Source: Albugo candida
Taxonomy: Eukaryota
NCBI GenBank assembly: GCA_040437565.1
Contig: JBDOQK010000044.1
Coordinates: 124,001-188,000 of the forward strand
Length of the DNA: 64,000 nt
Direction: 5' to 3'
Under the pieces are notes generated by a model. It saw nothing but the letters and a program-made list of their open reading frames with translations, did no database searches and was not told the DNA's origin. Position 1 is the first letter of the stretch; each line of letters opens with the position of its first letter. Made by a program: the position numbers and the translations under genes. Shown here in pieces: positions 51,758 through 64,000 of this stretch.

Positions 51758-53967
51758 ATCAACGAGAAGACATATTATCATCTCTCACAGGTATTTCACG
51801 AAACGTTTTTTATATGTATATATATTATTCAAGATAGCCTAGGCAACTAAGGAAGTCCAATTAGTCTAATTCCAGTAATATAGACACCTTCAACTGAGGA
51901 AACATAGCAGCATGTAACTTAATACTACAATTTTGTATACACAGGATGTACCCGCTGGTATTGATAGGGTTTTTACCTATAAAATGAAATCGAAATCCTG
52001 AATATGTTGTGCTTCATCACTAACTGCAAAAGCAGAAAGTGGGTAGTATGCTCGGGGTTCCTCTTTGAACTAAGTTTGCGATCTGCTGCATCTTGTATAG
52101 ATGTGCTGGATCGGAAAGCTTCTAATCCTTTTTTTGTGTCACTAGAAGAGATAAAAGATGAGGTACTAGAGCCTTTTGATCTGAAGCATCAATAGTTTTA
52201 CCTGTATTTGGCTTCGTCTGATATGATAATGACGTAAGAACAATCTTACACATTTATCGTTTCGATAAGAAAAGTACGTGAAGAATTTTTTTGATGCGTC
52301 GCTCAATTGAGTTGTATGTTTTATTCGTCATCAAGTGTCCTTTTCAGACGCACTTCTTATGAATTGAGCGAATAGATATGATTGAGCTACAGATGAATGC
52401 ATACGTCTCAAAAACTACCATGGAACGAGTGTCGCCTTCATCGCCTAAGCCTGGATTGAGAACAACAAACGCTTAATAAAATCATAAGTCCCTATGCTTT
52501 CTTTACGACGAGTATGGGTCATGGACATATACGCTGTCACAAACGTGATTGTCACGTGATACCTAGAACGAAACGAGGTCCACTTTCGGCTACCAATTTA
52601 TTTTTCTAGATTGTGACATGGGTGCATTTATCGTTGCGTATCTTATCTGAGCGGAAAAACGATTAATTTTTTGGATCAAGTAGTGTGAGCGGCGTCCACA
52701 ATTAGATTGATCGAGCAGGTATGTACATATTCAGTATCTTGATTCATTGCTGGAGAGTATACAATTTGATGCATGTTTTATCACGGCAAAGGGGTGAAAT
52801 GTAGATCAACGATGTACTCGGCAATAGAAAGAAGTATCAGTCTTTCACCTGCTGCATGCTTCCAAATTACTTGTCGTTTCCTGGCTGCAAGTGTACACTT
52901 CACGACATTATTTTTCCACTGTGATAGCAAGCATTCCATTACGAGGTAAGGACCACACATGCCTACACATTTTTCTTACGGGGGTCGTATCATTGACGTG
53001 AACCAATCCCTTTTCTTTACGACCATAAGCTGAGCGCAGCGAGTAACTGGACGTTATTGCGGTAACTTGCATGCATAAANNNNNNNNNNNNNNNNNNNNN
53101 NNNNNNNNNNNNNNNNNNNNNNNNNNNNNNNNNNNNNNNNNNNNNNNNNNNNNNNNNNNNNNNNNNNNNNNNNNNNNNNCACTGTGATAGCAAGCATTCC
53201 ATTACGAGGTAAGGACCACACATGCCTACACATTTTTCTTACGGGGGTCGTATCATTGACGTGAACCAATCCCTTTTCTTTACGACCATAAGCTGAGCGC
53301 AGCGAGTAACTGGACGTTATTGCGGTAACTTGCATGCATAAACATAGGAAGGCCATATCGGGTATAAATGCGCGTGACTGAGTGCCACGTAAAAGCTATT
53401 CACCATATGAACCCATCGGTCACCACGAGGAACGCATTCGGCTTGCAAAGGTACTGGATCGACTCGCAACGCAAGGATCATTTGGTGGATTTTTCAGAAG
53501 TCGAAGATCATTGCTGCGGGTACGGCACAGGCGAGTGGAACGGCAAGTGCAACTCAGATCCNNNNNNNNNNNNNNNNNNNNNNNNNNNNNNNNNNNNNNN
53601 NNNNNNNNNNNNNNNNNNNNNNNNNNNNNNNNNNNNNNNNNNNNNNNNNNNNNNNNNNNNNAGTCCTAGTTGGCTGGTTCTGCTCACCGTAGTGTGGCGC
53701 ACACCAATTTGCAAACCACGGTACTTTTGGACCATTTTTACAACTTAACAACTTTTCCAACCTTACAGCATTTACAAGCGGGACACAGTCTCGTATTAAG
53801 GGTGCTGAAGCTACTACGATACGAGATTATCAACGGGACGACATTTTATCATCTCTCACAGGTATTTCACGAAACGTTTTTTATATGTATATATGTTATT
53901 GAAGATAGCCTAGGCAACTAGAGAAGTCAGTTAGTCTAATTCTAGGAATATAGACACCTTCAACTGA
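51758..53967 (+). mobile_element. Decayed copia LTR retrotransposon with both LTRs (51758-51897, truncated by gap; 53803-53967)
   Basis: Two diverged ~140-165 bp direct repeats, the second reading TGCTGAAG...CTTCAAC. Internal integrase/RT remnants include IKDEVLEPF, RLAKVLDRLA, CGYGTGEWNG and FYNLTTFPTLQHL. Confidence 0.75.
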
Positions 53968-54284
53968 ACCCATCGGTCTTCTCTTTACATAGTGACACCA
54001 CACAATTAGTCCGAGGTACAGCAAGGGAAGGGCTTTTCATGCCAACGTCCAATCCAGCTACGTTCTTTCATCGTATATTGCTTTACTACGTGTACTTCCA
54101 ATCGCATTGAAGCCTTTCAATGCAAACGGCAATCAAAAATCAATTTTGTAATTATAAATTGTCCCGTCAGGCGGTGAAAAAACATTTGGTATTAGCAGCT
54201 CGTATGCTTAATGTGTTGGAATCATAATAATATACAAAAATAAGTTTTGTCTAGATGCGTTGCCTATCAGAATAAGGGAACCGT

Positions 54285-55182
54285 TATTCAGCCCCCACGT
54301 TTTCTTTAATCAGGCCCCCCTATGAATTAATGAAAAGCGTGGCTTCTGATTGATTTATATAAAAATAACAGAATAAAAAATAAAAATCACGGGAATCGTT
54401 AAATAATGTACATCGTGGCTTTTGATTGGTCTTAATAAATGCAATGGAATAAAAAATAATAATTTTGAAAAAAACTTCGCTTTCAGCAAATTTGTATTTC
54501 TTGATCTAAGTCTATATCTAAATCTACTGCTACAGGCGTTGTTGGTGCTGTGGATGCTGCTGGTATACCAGCTACCAATGCTGATCAAAATCATTAAGAG
54601 ACAGTGATACCACTTGATGACGAAAAACATGGGCGCAAGCATTGTCCATTGAGCCTATTTATATGGTTGCAGTCACTTGCAGTTAATGCCACATAGTCGC
54701 AGTTACTTGCACTTGATCAGAGTCTACAAAAATTGTAACTCTCGTTCATCACTGAGTCGCTGCTGGTATTTGTAGATGAGCTGCGCGTAGAAAAATCTTT
54801 CCATCACCTTTGAAAGCATGAAACCAAGCTGCATTTTGGACTATAGCTCGCTGCTTTGCATTTGCTGCACAGTGACAGCAAGCTAGCCTTCGCAGGCAAG
54901 GCAAACTGCTCAATACACTGAGAGTAGATCACCTGCGATGAATGAATAGTCAGATGAATATGACTGCTGACAGCACAATCAGCATACTGATTGACTCAGA
55001 GATCCATTTTTTGAGCACAAAAGTTGTAATCTATAACTTTATGGAGGGTGGGGGCTGAATAATGATTCACGTGATTTTTATTTTATTTATTCTGTTATTT
55101 TTATATAAATTAATCAAAAGCCACGCTTTTCATCAATTTATGGAGGCTAGGGGCTAATTAAAGAAAAGGTGGGGGCTGAATA
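54285..55182. mobile_element. Non-autonomous DNA transposon derivative with ~115-bp imperfect terminal inverted repeats (MULE/MITE-like)
   Basis: Left arm TATTCAGCCCCCAC..AAAAGCGTGGCTT..TTTATATAAAAATAACAGAATAAA..AAAATCACG (54285-~54400) is the reverse complement of the right arm ~55062-55182. Confidence 0.8.
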
Positions 55183-55248
55183 CTCAACTTAAATAGGTGG
55201 CGTACTTTGTGGCTAAATTCCTTGTGAACCACAAATAACCACTCAAAA

Positions 55249-56682
<1,434 letters not shown>

Positions 56683-56999
56683 ATGCATGTTTTCTGATTG
56701 CTAAGCTAGAGCTCAATTCGAACTGCTTATACTATGAATCAAAGATTTTGTGATGTTAGCACTAGCAGCAGCGTGTATCAGCAGCCTGTGAAATCCATGC
56801 TGAGTTTCTAGTATATCAGTGGATTGCATTGACCCCCATCTGTGTCCAGCTTAACCTTTATAGACAAATAAGTGTGTTGAGAAATCAACTTTGTTTGATC
56901 GGTCCATACTATGTATTCATATAGTCGCTCGAGCTCGAGAGAAATTACTCTATACTGTTATGACATCTTTGCTTAATACTGGCCTTCCCTTTGAAGCAG

Positions 57000-58050
57000 C
57001 GCATTGATTTTTGTTGACTACACCGTTCCTTCTCATTAATCCTCCTTATACTACGACGTAATGTCGCGAAGATGACATGAGACGATCGTTTCTGCGGGCC
57101 CGAATTGCCTGGGCGTTTTTAACACAAACTCTTGTATATAAGTGGGCCGAAAGTGATGATTTTGTCCGTGCAAATAAATTGGCGATAGTCGATTTAACAG
57201 CTACTGAATCAACGCCACTTTACGATGCTATTATTTTAGTGAATTCATTTTAAATCAACATATTTCGCGAGACCGCGTGCTGTGAAAATCTAGCCAAGTA
57301 TAACAGCGGAACTGCTTGTTGGCGTGCTCCACACAATCCGTTCGATCTGTTGGAAGATATTTCGTAATTGGCATCCCAAGAAACCCCACTTGCAACACAA
57401 TTTCAATTATTACACCCCCACATTCGAAAAATCGGTGCCGCTTTGACCCGTCTACAGCTTCTTTATTATTTTTATCATCGGCCACTGCCAGATTAAAGGG
57501 TAAAGGCGTGCGCACGTCTTGCGGATACACAAGCTGTACGGCGTCCGCTACGATGGAATGTGAATGCAGCCTACGGATTTTAGACACCTTTTTTTTACTC
57601 ATTTACCCAATTCCGGCACACGCCTGTTTAGTAATTGGTTCCTGGTCTTTTCCCAACACGTCTTGCGCATTTCTTTCAACGTGTACGTTTCACTGTGAAA
57701 TCCAGCACCAGATGGAAAATCCCTGTTTATCGAACACCCACTCCTCGCCATTGCCCTTTGTTTGAGCCGTTCGTAGACTTATGGTAAATTGCATTTTCTT
57801 TTTTAACGGTTCATTGGCTATTTCCATCTTATGTCTTTCCATCATGTGCTTTCGCATCTTAGTCTAAGTATTTATGTCCCCGCATTCCAGAAAACTGGGT
57901 TTTGCTCACCTCAGCCCACCTGTCTTTGTCTGTTCATTCCAGCTTCGAGATGATATGGGTACATAACCTTTGAGCATGAATCATGAAACCATAACGGAGG
58001 GTTGACTTTTCTGCACACTTCAGTTGCGTTGCGTTTGTGGTGAAAGCGGT
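57000..58050 (-). mobile_element. Degraded copia gag-protease-integrase remnant
   Basis: Minus-strand peptides GMRGHKY (knuckle-like), EEWVFD (copia protease WxxDSG), LLNRRVPELGK (VLYVPEL-like) and CVEHANKQ, in the expected order. Confidence 0.45.
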
Positions 58051-58999
58051 CAAGTTTTTATCCTTCCTAAGTACCAGCTCACTTGGGTCTCGAATATGAG
58101 AGTGAATGACGCTTCAAATTGGTCGTATTTACGTGTGTACTGATCGCTTTCGTAATATGAGCAATAAGCCAAACACTGAGGGTGCGTTCAGCTATGTGTT
58201 CTCAGCTAGCTATGAAATTTTTGGATATTTCACCCACCGACCCCTTTATCGCTGTGCTGGATGTAGCTTCATCCTCCTTTTTCCTTCTTTATTTTACACT
58301 TCATGGTATACCACCATTTCTGGTCACGGAAGGATTGGTACAATTTTTCTCGAAGAATTGTACTACCTCTAAAAACAAAAGTCTCATGAATTCTCTGCAT
58401 TACCACAACAGACGCTCGGGTAGCAGACTAACAATGTACAGGATTATTAAAAGACATTCTTTTTCCTGCTATTCTGCAATTCAAATACTATATATGTGTT
58501 TTTCATACATAGTATTTGAATTGCAGAATCCATTATATGAATGACGAAAGGTAGGATCGAGGGGGGGGGGTATTCCATGGCACGTCCGGATTTAGCACAT
58601 GTATACCCAATCACGAAAATTGACCACTGTCTGTCATGCACTCATGATTGAATTTTCAGGTTAAGATGATAGTCAGACCTTTTGCCAAGTCTCTCTTTTT
58701 GTTTGAAAAGAATTGAAGTATGCACCAGTTTCTTAGCTCGTACCAATATGAAGAATTGGGTGAGAGCTTCAGTGACAAACAATACGCCATGAAGAACGCT
58801 TACATATTATATATAGTTCTATGAGGGATGATGCAAGCTCCTACTTCGTTGTTAATCGTAGCAATGAATTTTGTAGAAGATGATTTCTCTCATCATTCAA
58901 TACAAGCAACGCAGCCGAAGTAAGAACAATTTAGTATTATACATTTGCTAATTCTCCATATCCCTCTATTCTGAGAAAAGAATCATTCCTTAAACACGT

Positions 59000-59850
59000 C
59001 GACAATACACTGCTGCAAACCAGAAATTTATCCGTATGTGTTGGCGTGCAAGCGCATTCGTTAATAGGTCCGAAGCGTATGCGATACTGTAAAAGCATCT
59101 TCTTTGTCGTATACAGGCCCCACACTTACAGCTGCTTTCGAATCAAGAGCTTTTTTTAGGATGGTAAAATACTCGGTAAGTTCAATTCGAGCTGCGGTGA
59201 AAGCTCTCACACACCCAAGTCATGTGGAATAAGAAGATTTCAAATAAGACTTATCGCTTGCAGTGGCAGGATGAGCTCATAATTTTATGTATTGTGCAAG
59301 TCATTCATAGATATAAGCGAGTTAGCCCTGTCAGGCTTCCTATTGTTGATATTACTAACGATGTCTGTAGTATAGGGTGGAATTTTCCAACAACGTCTGA
59401 AATGTTCACTGTGTAAGAACTGTGATTTGCCTGTGGCTTTGTACCGCTTCTGAGGTGACCATTGTTTGGACTAGGTATTTTTTGATCAATTAAAACGAAG
59501 CGATAAATATGACGGGTGGATAGCCTAGCTATGCCTTCCACATAGAGCAGTGTTGGACCCTTGCTAAGTTGAATATAAGCGAAGAGAAAAATTCAAATCT
59601 ATCTGGATCCATACTTTGCCGGGTGTGGTGGGTAATGGTAGGTAAATGNNNNNNNNNNNNNNNNNNNNNNNNNNNNNNNNNNNNNNNNNNNNNNNNNNNN
59701 NNNNNNNNNNNNNNNNNNNNNNNNNNNNNNNNNNNNNNNNNNNNNNNNGTAATGGTAGGTAAATGCAAACCAGTGGGATGTGAACGTATCTGTACATCAT
59801 TGTATTGGATAGTACACATCAGTCTTGTTCATGTCTATTGGACAAAAAAC
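59000..59850 (-). mobile_element. Degraded copia RT/RNase H remnant
   Basis: Weak matches to TRPDIA / HxxAxK / DRKS motifs in broken frames. Confidence 0.3.
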
Positions 59851-60489
59851 CAATAGCTGTGGGTGGAACGTTCCTCAAGGCTTAGACTATCGAGTGCAAT
59901 GAACTAAGGACCTGAGCGGATCTATTGGAAAACAAGACAAACGTGCAGAATATTGTTACGTAGTGTTACAGGATTATTCCTTCTAGCCCTCCGATATAAG
60001 GCCTCGAGTAGTCTAATCCGGAGACCACTCTCCCAGCGTATAAAAGCAAAGCTTCCTCGAAAACAATTTGACGACGATAAGTATTCTGATGATATAGATA
60101 GAAAATCGGACATGAAGATTCGGATGGAATCAGTCATTAGAGCTTTAACTATTTTATACTTCTCTGAGCTTCTTCCCAACAACATCATTTCTAAAGATAT
60201 GTTTATTGTCAATCTATTGTGCTGACTAATAATAGAATAGTCACATAATGTGGCTATGGAATGTATTTCGAGCAGATTTCTGGTCATTTATTATTGATTT
60301 CAGAAGCTGGCGAGATCTTCATAACAAACTTGGCCGATATGTGTTCAAATCGTAACTTCTAGTGCTAGGGATCATTATTGAATCAGCCATACTACGGTGG
60401 CTAGGTTTGATTACAGACTGAGTAAAGGAGCTAACGATCAATTACAATTTAGGGTCTCTTCAAGAATCGCACAACTGGGTACTTTGGTG

Positions 60490-62411
60490 AGTACAAGAAA
60501 CCTCAAACATCGAGCAATTCGCTGTAGCCATCATATACACAGAACGCGGCAATCCGCCTTAAGGGTGACATTATGACTATTGCTCTAGAGCGAGAGGCTA
60601 ACTTCTTTTCACATATTTAAAGTATCAGACATTGTACTATGATGTATAAAGCGTAATGGTGTAGGGTGGTACATTGCTTGCAAAGTGGTGACCGAAAAAT
60701 GCAAGTGGTCACATGCTATGGAAATATCTTTTCACAAGTATCAAGTAATAATCGATTGGACTCGTTGATTTTGCGTACCGATCCGTAAGAGAACAGAACA
60801 TCTAAAGCGGTACGAAAGCAGCCTTAGTTCTCTATTAGATACGAAATGTGCACTGCACATTTACAGAAATATATCATGATGTCATTTCTCAATCTAATGA
60901 AATTCTACCACCTATCAGGCGATTGGACAAGATAACTTACTTTACGCGAGGACTGGTAAATCGCCGGTGTACCGCGTATCACAAACTATAAGGTTTGCGT
61001 TTAAATCGCATCGTGCTTACGGAAACTGTTACCGACCACCGACATATTCTCGTGACCGATCACGTGCAAATTTGAATTAGCATCAGNNNNNNNNNNNNNN
61101 NNNNNNNNNNNNNNNNNNNNNNNNNNNNNNNNNNNNNNNNNNNNNNNNNNNNNNNNNNNNNNNNNNNNNNNNNNNNNNNNNNNNNNAGTACAAGAAACCT
61201 CAAACATCGAGCAATTCGCTGTAGCCATCATATACACAGAACGCGGCAATCCGCCTTAAGGGTGACATTATGACTATTGCTCTAGAGCGAGAGGCTAACT
61301 TCTTTTCACATATTTAAAGTATCAGACATTGTACTATGATGTATAAAGCGTAATGGTGTAGGGTGGTACATTGCTTGCAAAGTGGTGACCGAAAAATGCA
61401 AGTGGTCACATGCTATGGAAATATCTTTTCACAAGTATCAAGTAATAATCGATTGGACTCGTTGATTTTGCGTACCGATCCGTAAGAGAACAGAACATCT
61501 AAAGCGGTACGAAAGCAGCCTTAGTTCTCTATTAGATACGAAATGTGCACTGCACATTTACAGAAATATATCATGATGTCATTTCTCAATCTAATGAAAT
61601 TCTACCACCTATCAGGCGATTGGACAAGATAACTTACTTTACGCGAGGACTGGTAAATCGCCGGTGTACCGCGTATCACAAACTACAAGGTTTGCGTTTA
61701 AATCGCATCGTGCTTACGGAAACTGTTACCGACCACCGACATATTCTCGTGACCGATCACGTGCAAATTTGAATTAGCATCAGCATTAGGAAGAACCATA
61801 ACCGCGTATTCATGAAAGCTGATGAACATTGACTCAGGATTTACCAGACACCATCGTTCCACATCATCTTCAGCTTTTTCGTCGAAGAAATGTCGCTACT
61901 GTAAAAACTCGGTCATGTCATCGCGGGGTGTTACAAGCTGAACAATAAGGAAAAGCACTCTCAAAACTATCGATGTAAACAATCGTCTGCAAGGGTGCCT
62001 AACTCGTTACCCTTTCTTTCGTGTTCGCTAGAAGAAGTGGAAATTGTCGAAATGGAAGAGATTTTAAAAACAACTATTAACCTTGCTCACCCAGAAAATA
62101 AAACTGCTCGTGAACAAGGAACCTTTGAAGATTCACCTGTCACTATAATGTTTAACAGTGGTGTAAGCTGTGATGTTGTTCGTCCAGGCTTGGTGAAGAA
62201 CATGACACAATCTGGTGTCTCTCAAGTCACAGGCTTAAATGCATATTTAAATAAGGCTCGCTCCATAAAAAAAGGCGTTGCGATCACCCTATTGAATCAA
62301 TATCGATTTCACAATTTACAAGTTATGGAATGGTCATTGGGACCTGCCCATAATGTCATCTTGGGAAAATCATTGTTTACCAATTCTCAACCTCAACATG
62401 ATTGGCGCTCT
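60490..62411 (+). mobile_element. Degraded Ty3/gypsy gag-protease remnant (60490-61086 falsely duplicated at 61187-61783)
   Basis: Gag-like LDKITYFTRGL, a frameshifted zinc knuckle CRYCK..GHVIAGCYK (~61890-61935), and a protease-like VTIMFNSGVSCDVV (degenerate DSGA). Confidence 0.7.
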
Positions 62412-64000
62412 NNNNNNNNNNNNNNNNNNNNNNNNNNNNNNNNNNNNNNNNNNNNNNNNNNNNNNNNNNNNNNNNNNNNNNNNNNNNNNNNNNNNNNNNN
62501 NNNNNNNNNNNTGATAACAATTTCACATTTGCAAGAAAAAGAAAGAGGCAGTGTTTTTTAGAGAAAGAATCCGCTTCAAAGATCCAGGAACTTATAATGG
62601 CATTTTGCATTCACTGTTACTGTCAGTTTTTAGAAACGGCTGAACTTCACGGATAAATGCTGATTCAGCTTGCCAAATCCCTCAACACGATGCTAGACTC
62701 ATATAATTTACAAGATCGCATGCGTAAATTACCGTTCTTTGCTTTGATGCAGCTAGTACGGGATTCATTAGGTCCACGAAAATGTGGGTCAATTTTCCAA
62801 TCATAGCACCCAGCATACCCTACTATATGCAGCTATTTCTCTTTATATCTACCATCATAACAATCTCAACACGGCATTATTTGCTCAGCATGCAAAAAAG
62901 GACAGCAAGATTCGACAAAGATGCACCTACCGTTACATCCATGAAATTCTTGAACAAAATTTTTATTGAGCTTCCTCTAGTCTGGATGCAATCTTCTTAG
63001 AGATGGTAGAGACCACTATCTTTGTCCCTTCTCTACTTGAGCATAATATTTCTATAATCTACTTGAAGAAAAGAAGCGCCATAAGAGAAGTTTTGTCCAC
63101 GACGATTGCGCTACTGGATAGAATACTGATTCTATGCAAATAAAACAATTAGCGGAGTTGTGTACTATGATAATCCACAAAGCAGCGAATGTGATGCTCT
63201 TTAGATTCATATGCTGCGTCTTTCAATGAAGTGTGGAAGCACCTTGCGCAGAATTCTTAAATCTTCGGTTTTTATCTTTACTTAGCCCGAACACTGCGTC
63301 TAATTTTTGTTTACAACGAGTGTTGTGAGCTACGACCTACATAGCTTTATGATCGAGAAATGTGGATTACAAATCATGGGTCTAATCGTCGGAATACGAA
63401 AGCATTGCCTGGATAGACCACGATTGAAACGTATAGAGAATTGGCGAGATTTTAAGAAAACGTCATTTGCCAAGTCCTTAGTGCAGCGTTTAAGCACTAA
63501 CTCAGCGCGTACAAAGAAGAACATGAAATTTTCAAAGTTGCAAGCCTCATTCGTATCACATGGAATATGATCTCAAATCCATACAATACGATAAGACGAA
63601 TGGTGTCTTTTTGAGATTCAAAGCTGTTGCTAGAATATAATCAAACAGCTCGATCGAAAATACTGTTGAGTTTCGAGTTTCGTGCCGAGATGTGGTAGCT
63701 TCAGTGACCCTAAGGTATACATTAGGGTAGCAAACGCTTCTTGTTCCGATTAGGTTTGAGTAATCCCGTACAGGAGTTTTTTTGCAGGCAAGTCATGTTA
63801 TAGTCCTTTCATAAGTAAAGTGCTATAAAATATGTATGTGTACAAACATGACCAGATGCTCATCTTCAAAGTCATGCGGTGCACTCGATCAGAGCGAATA
63901 CAGTATTTTGGCACGTATCTATAAGTAGTTCGCATATCTCGGTACGTGATTATTATTGATTCCGCAATTCCATCAATTGTTTGCATGATCACAAGTTACC

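Overview
Eukaryotic genomic scaffold, most likely an oomycete. The very compact genes, 50-63 bp GT-AG introns, moderate GC and oomycete-type HSF, bZIP and PX-RING families suggest an Albugo-like genome; this is inferred, not verified. From about 6 to 42.5 kb the window is a gene-dense block: HSF factor, ubiquitin-like/ribosomal eL41 fusion, P4-ATPase flippase, Cys-rich surface protein, Arb2(FAM172)-AGC kinase fusion, uL11m, FIT/Scs3-like protein, bZIP, actin, PX-RING, ABHD hydrolase, 4xRGS protein, PDCD5 and a ~3180-aa VPS13-PDZ. The block is flanked by decayed LTR-retrotransposon fragments (0-5 kb and 43-64 kb). The left flank also holds a Nudix gene; the right flank holds a lone MetAP2 gene, a tRNA-derived SINE with a 16-bp target-site duplication and a long-TIR non-autonomous element. 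There are ten 100-N gaps, most flanked by duplicated sequence that is an assembly artefact. The strongest candidates for novelty are the ubiquitin-like domain fused through a di-Gly junction to eL41, and the Arb2-kinase fusion. All family assignments come from reading motifs by eye; no database searches were run.
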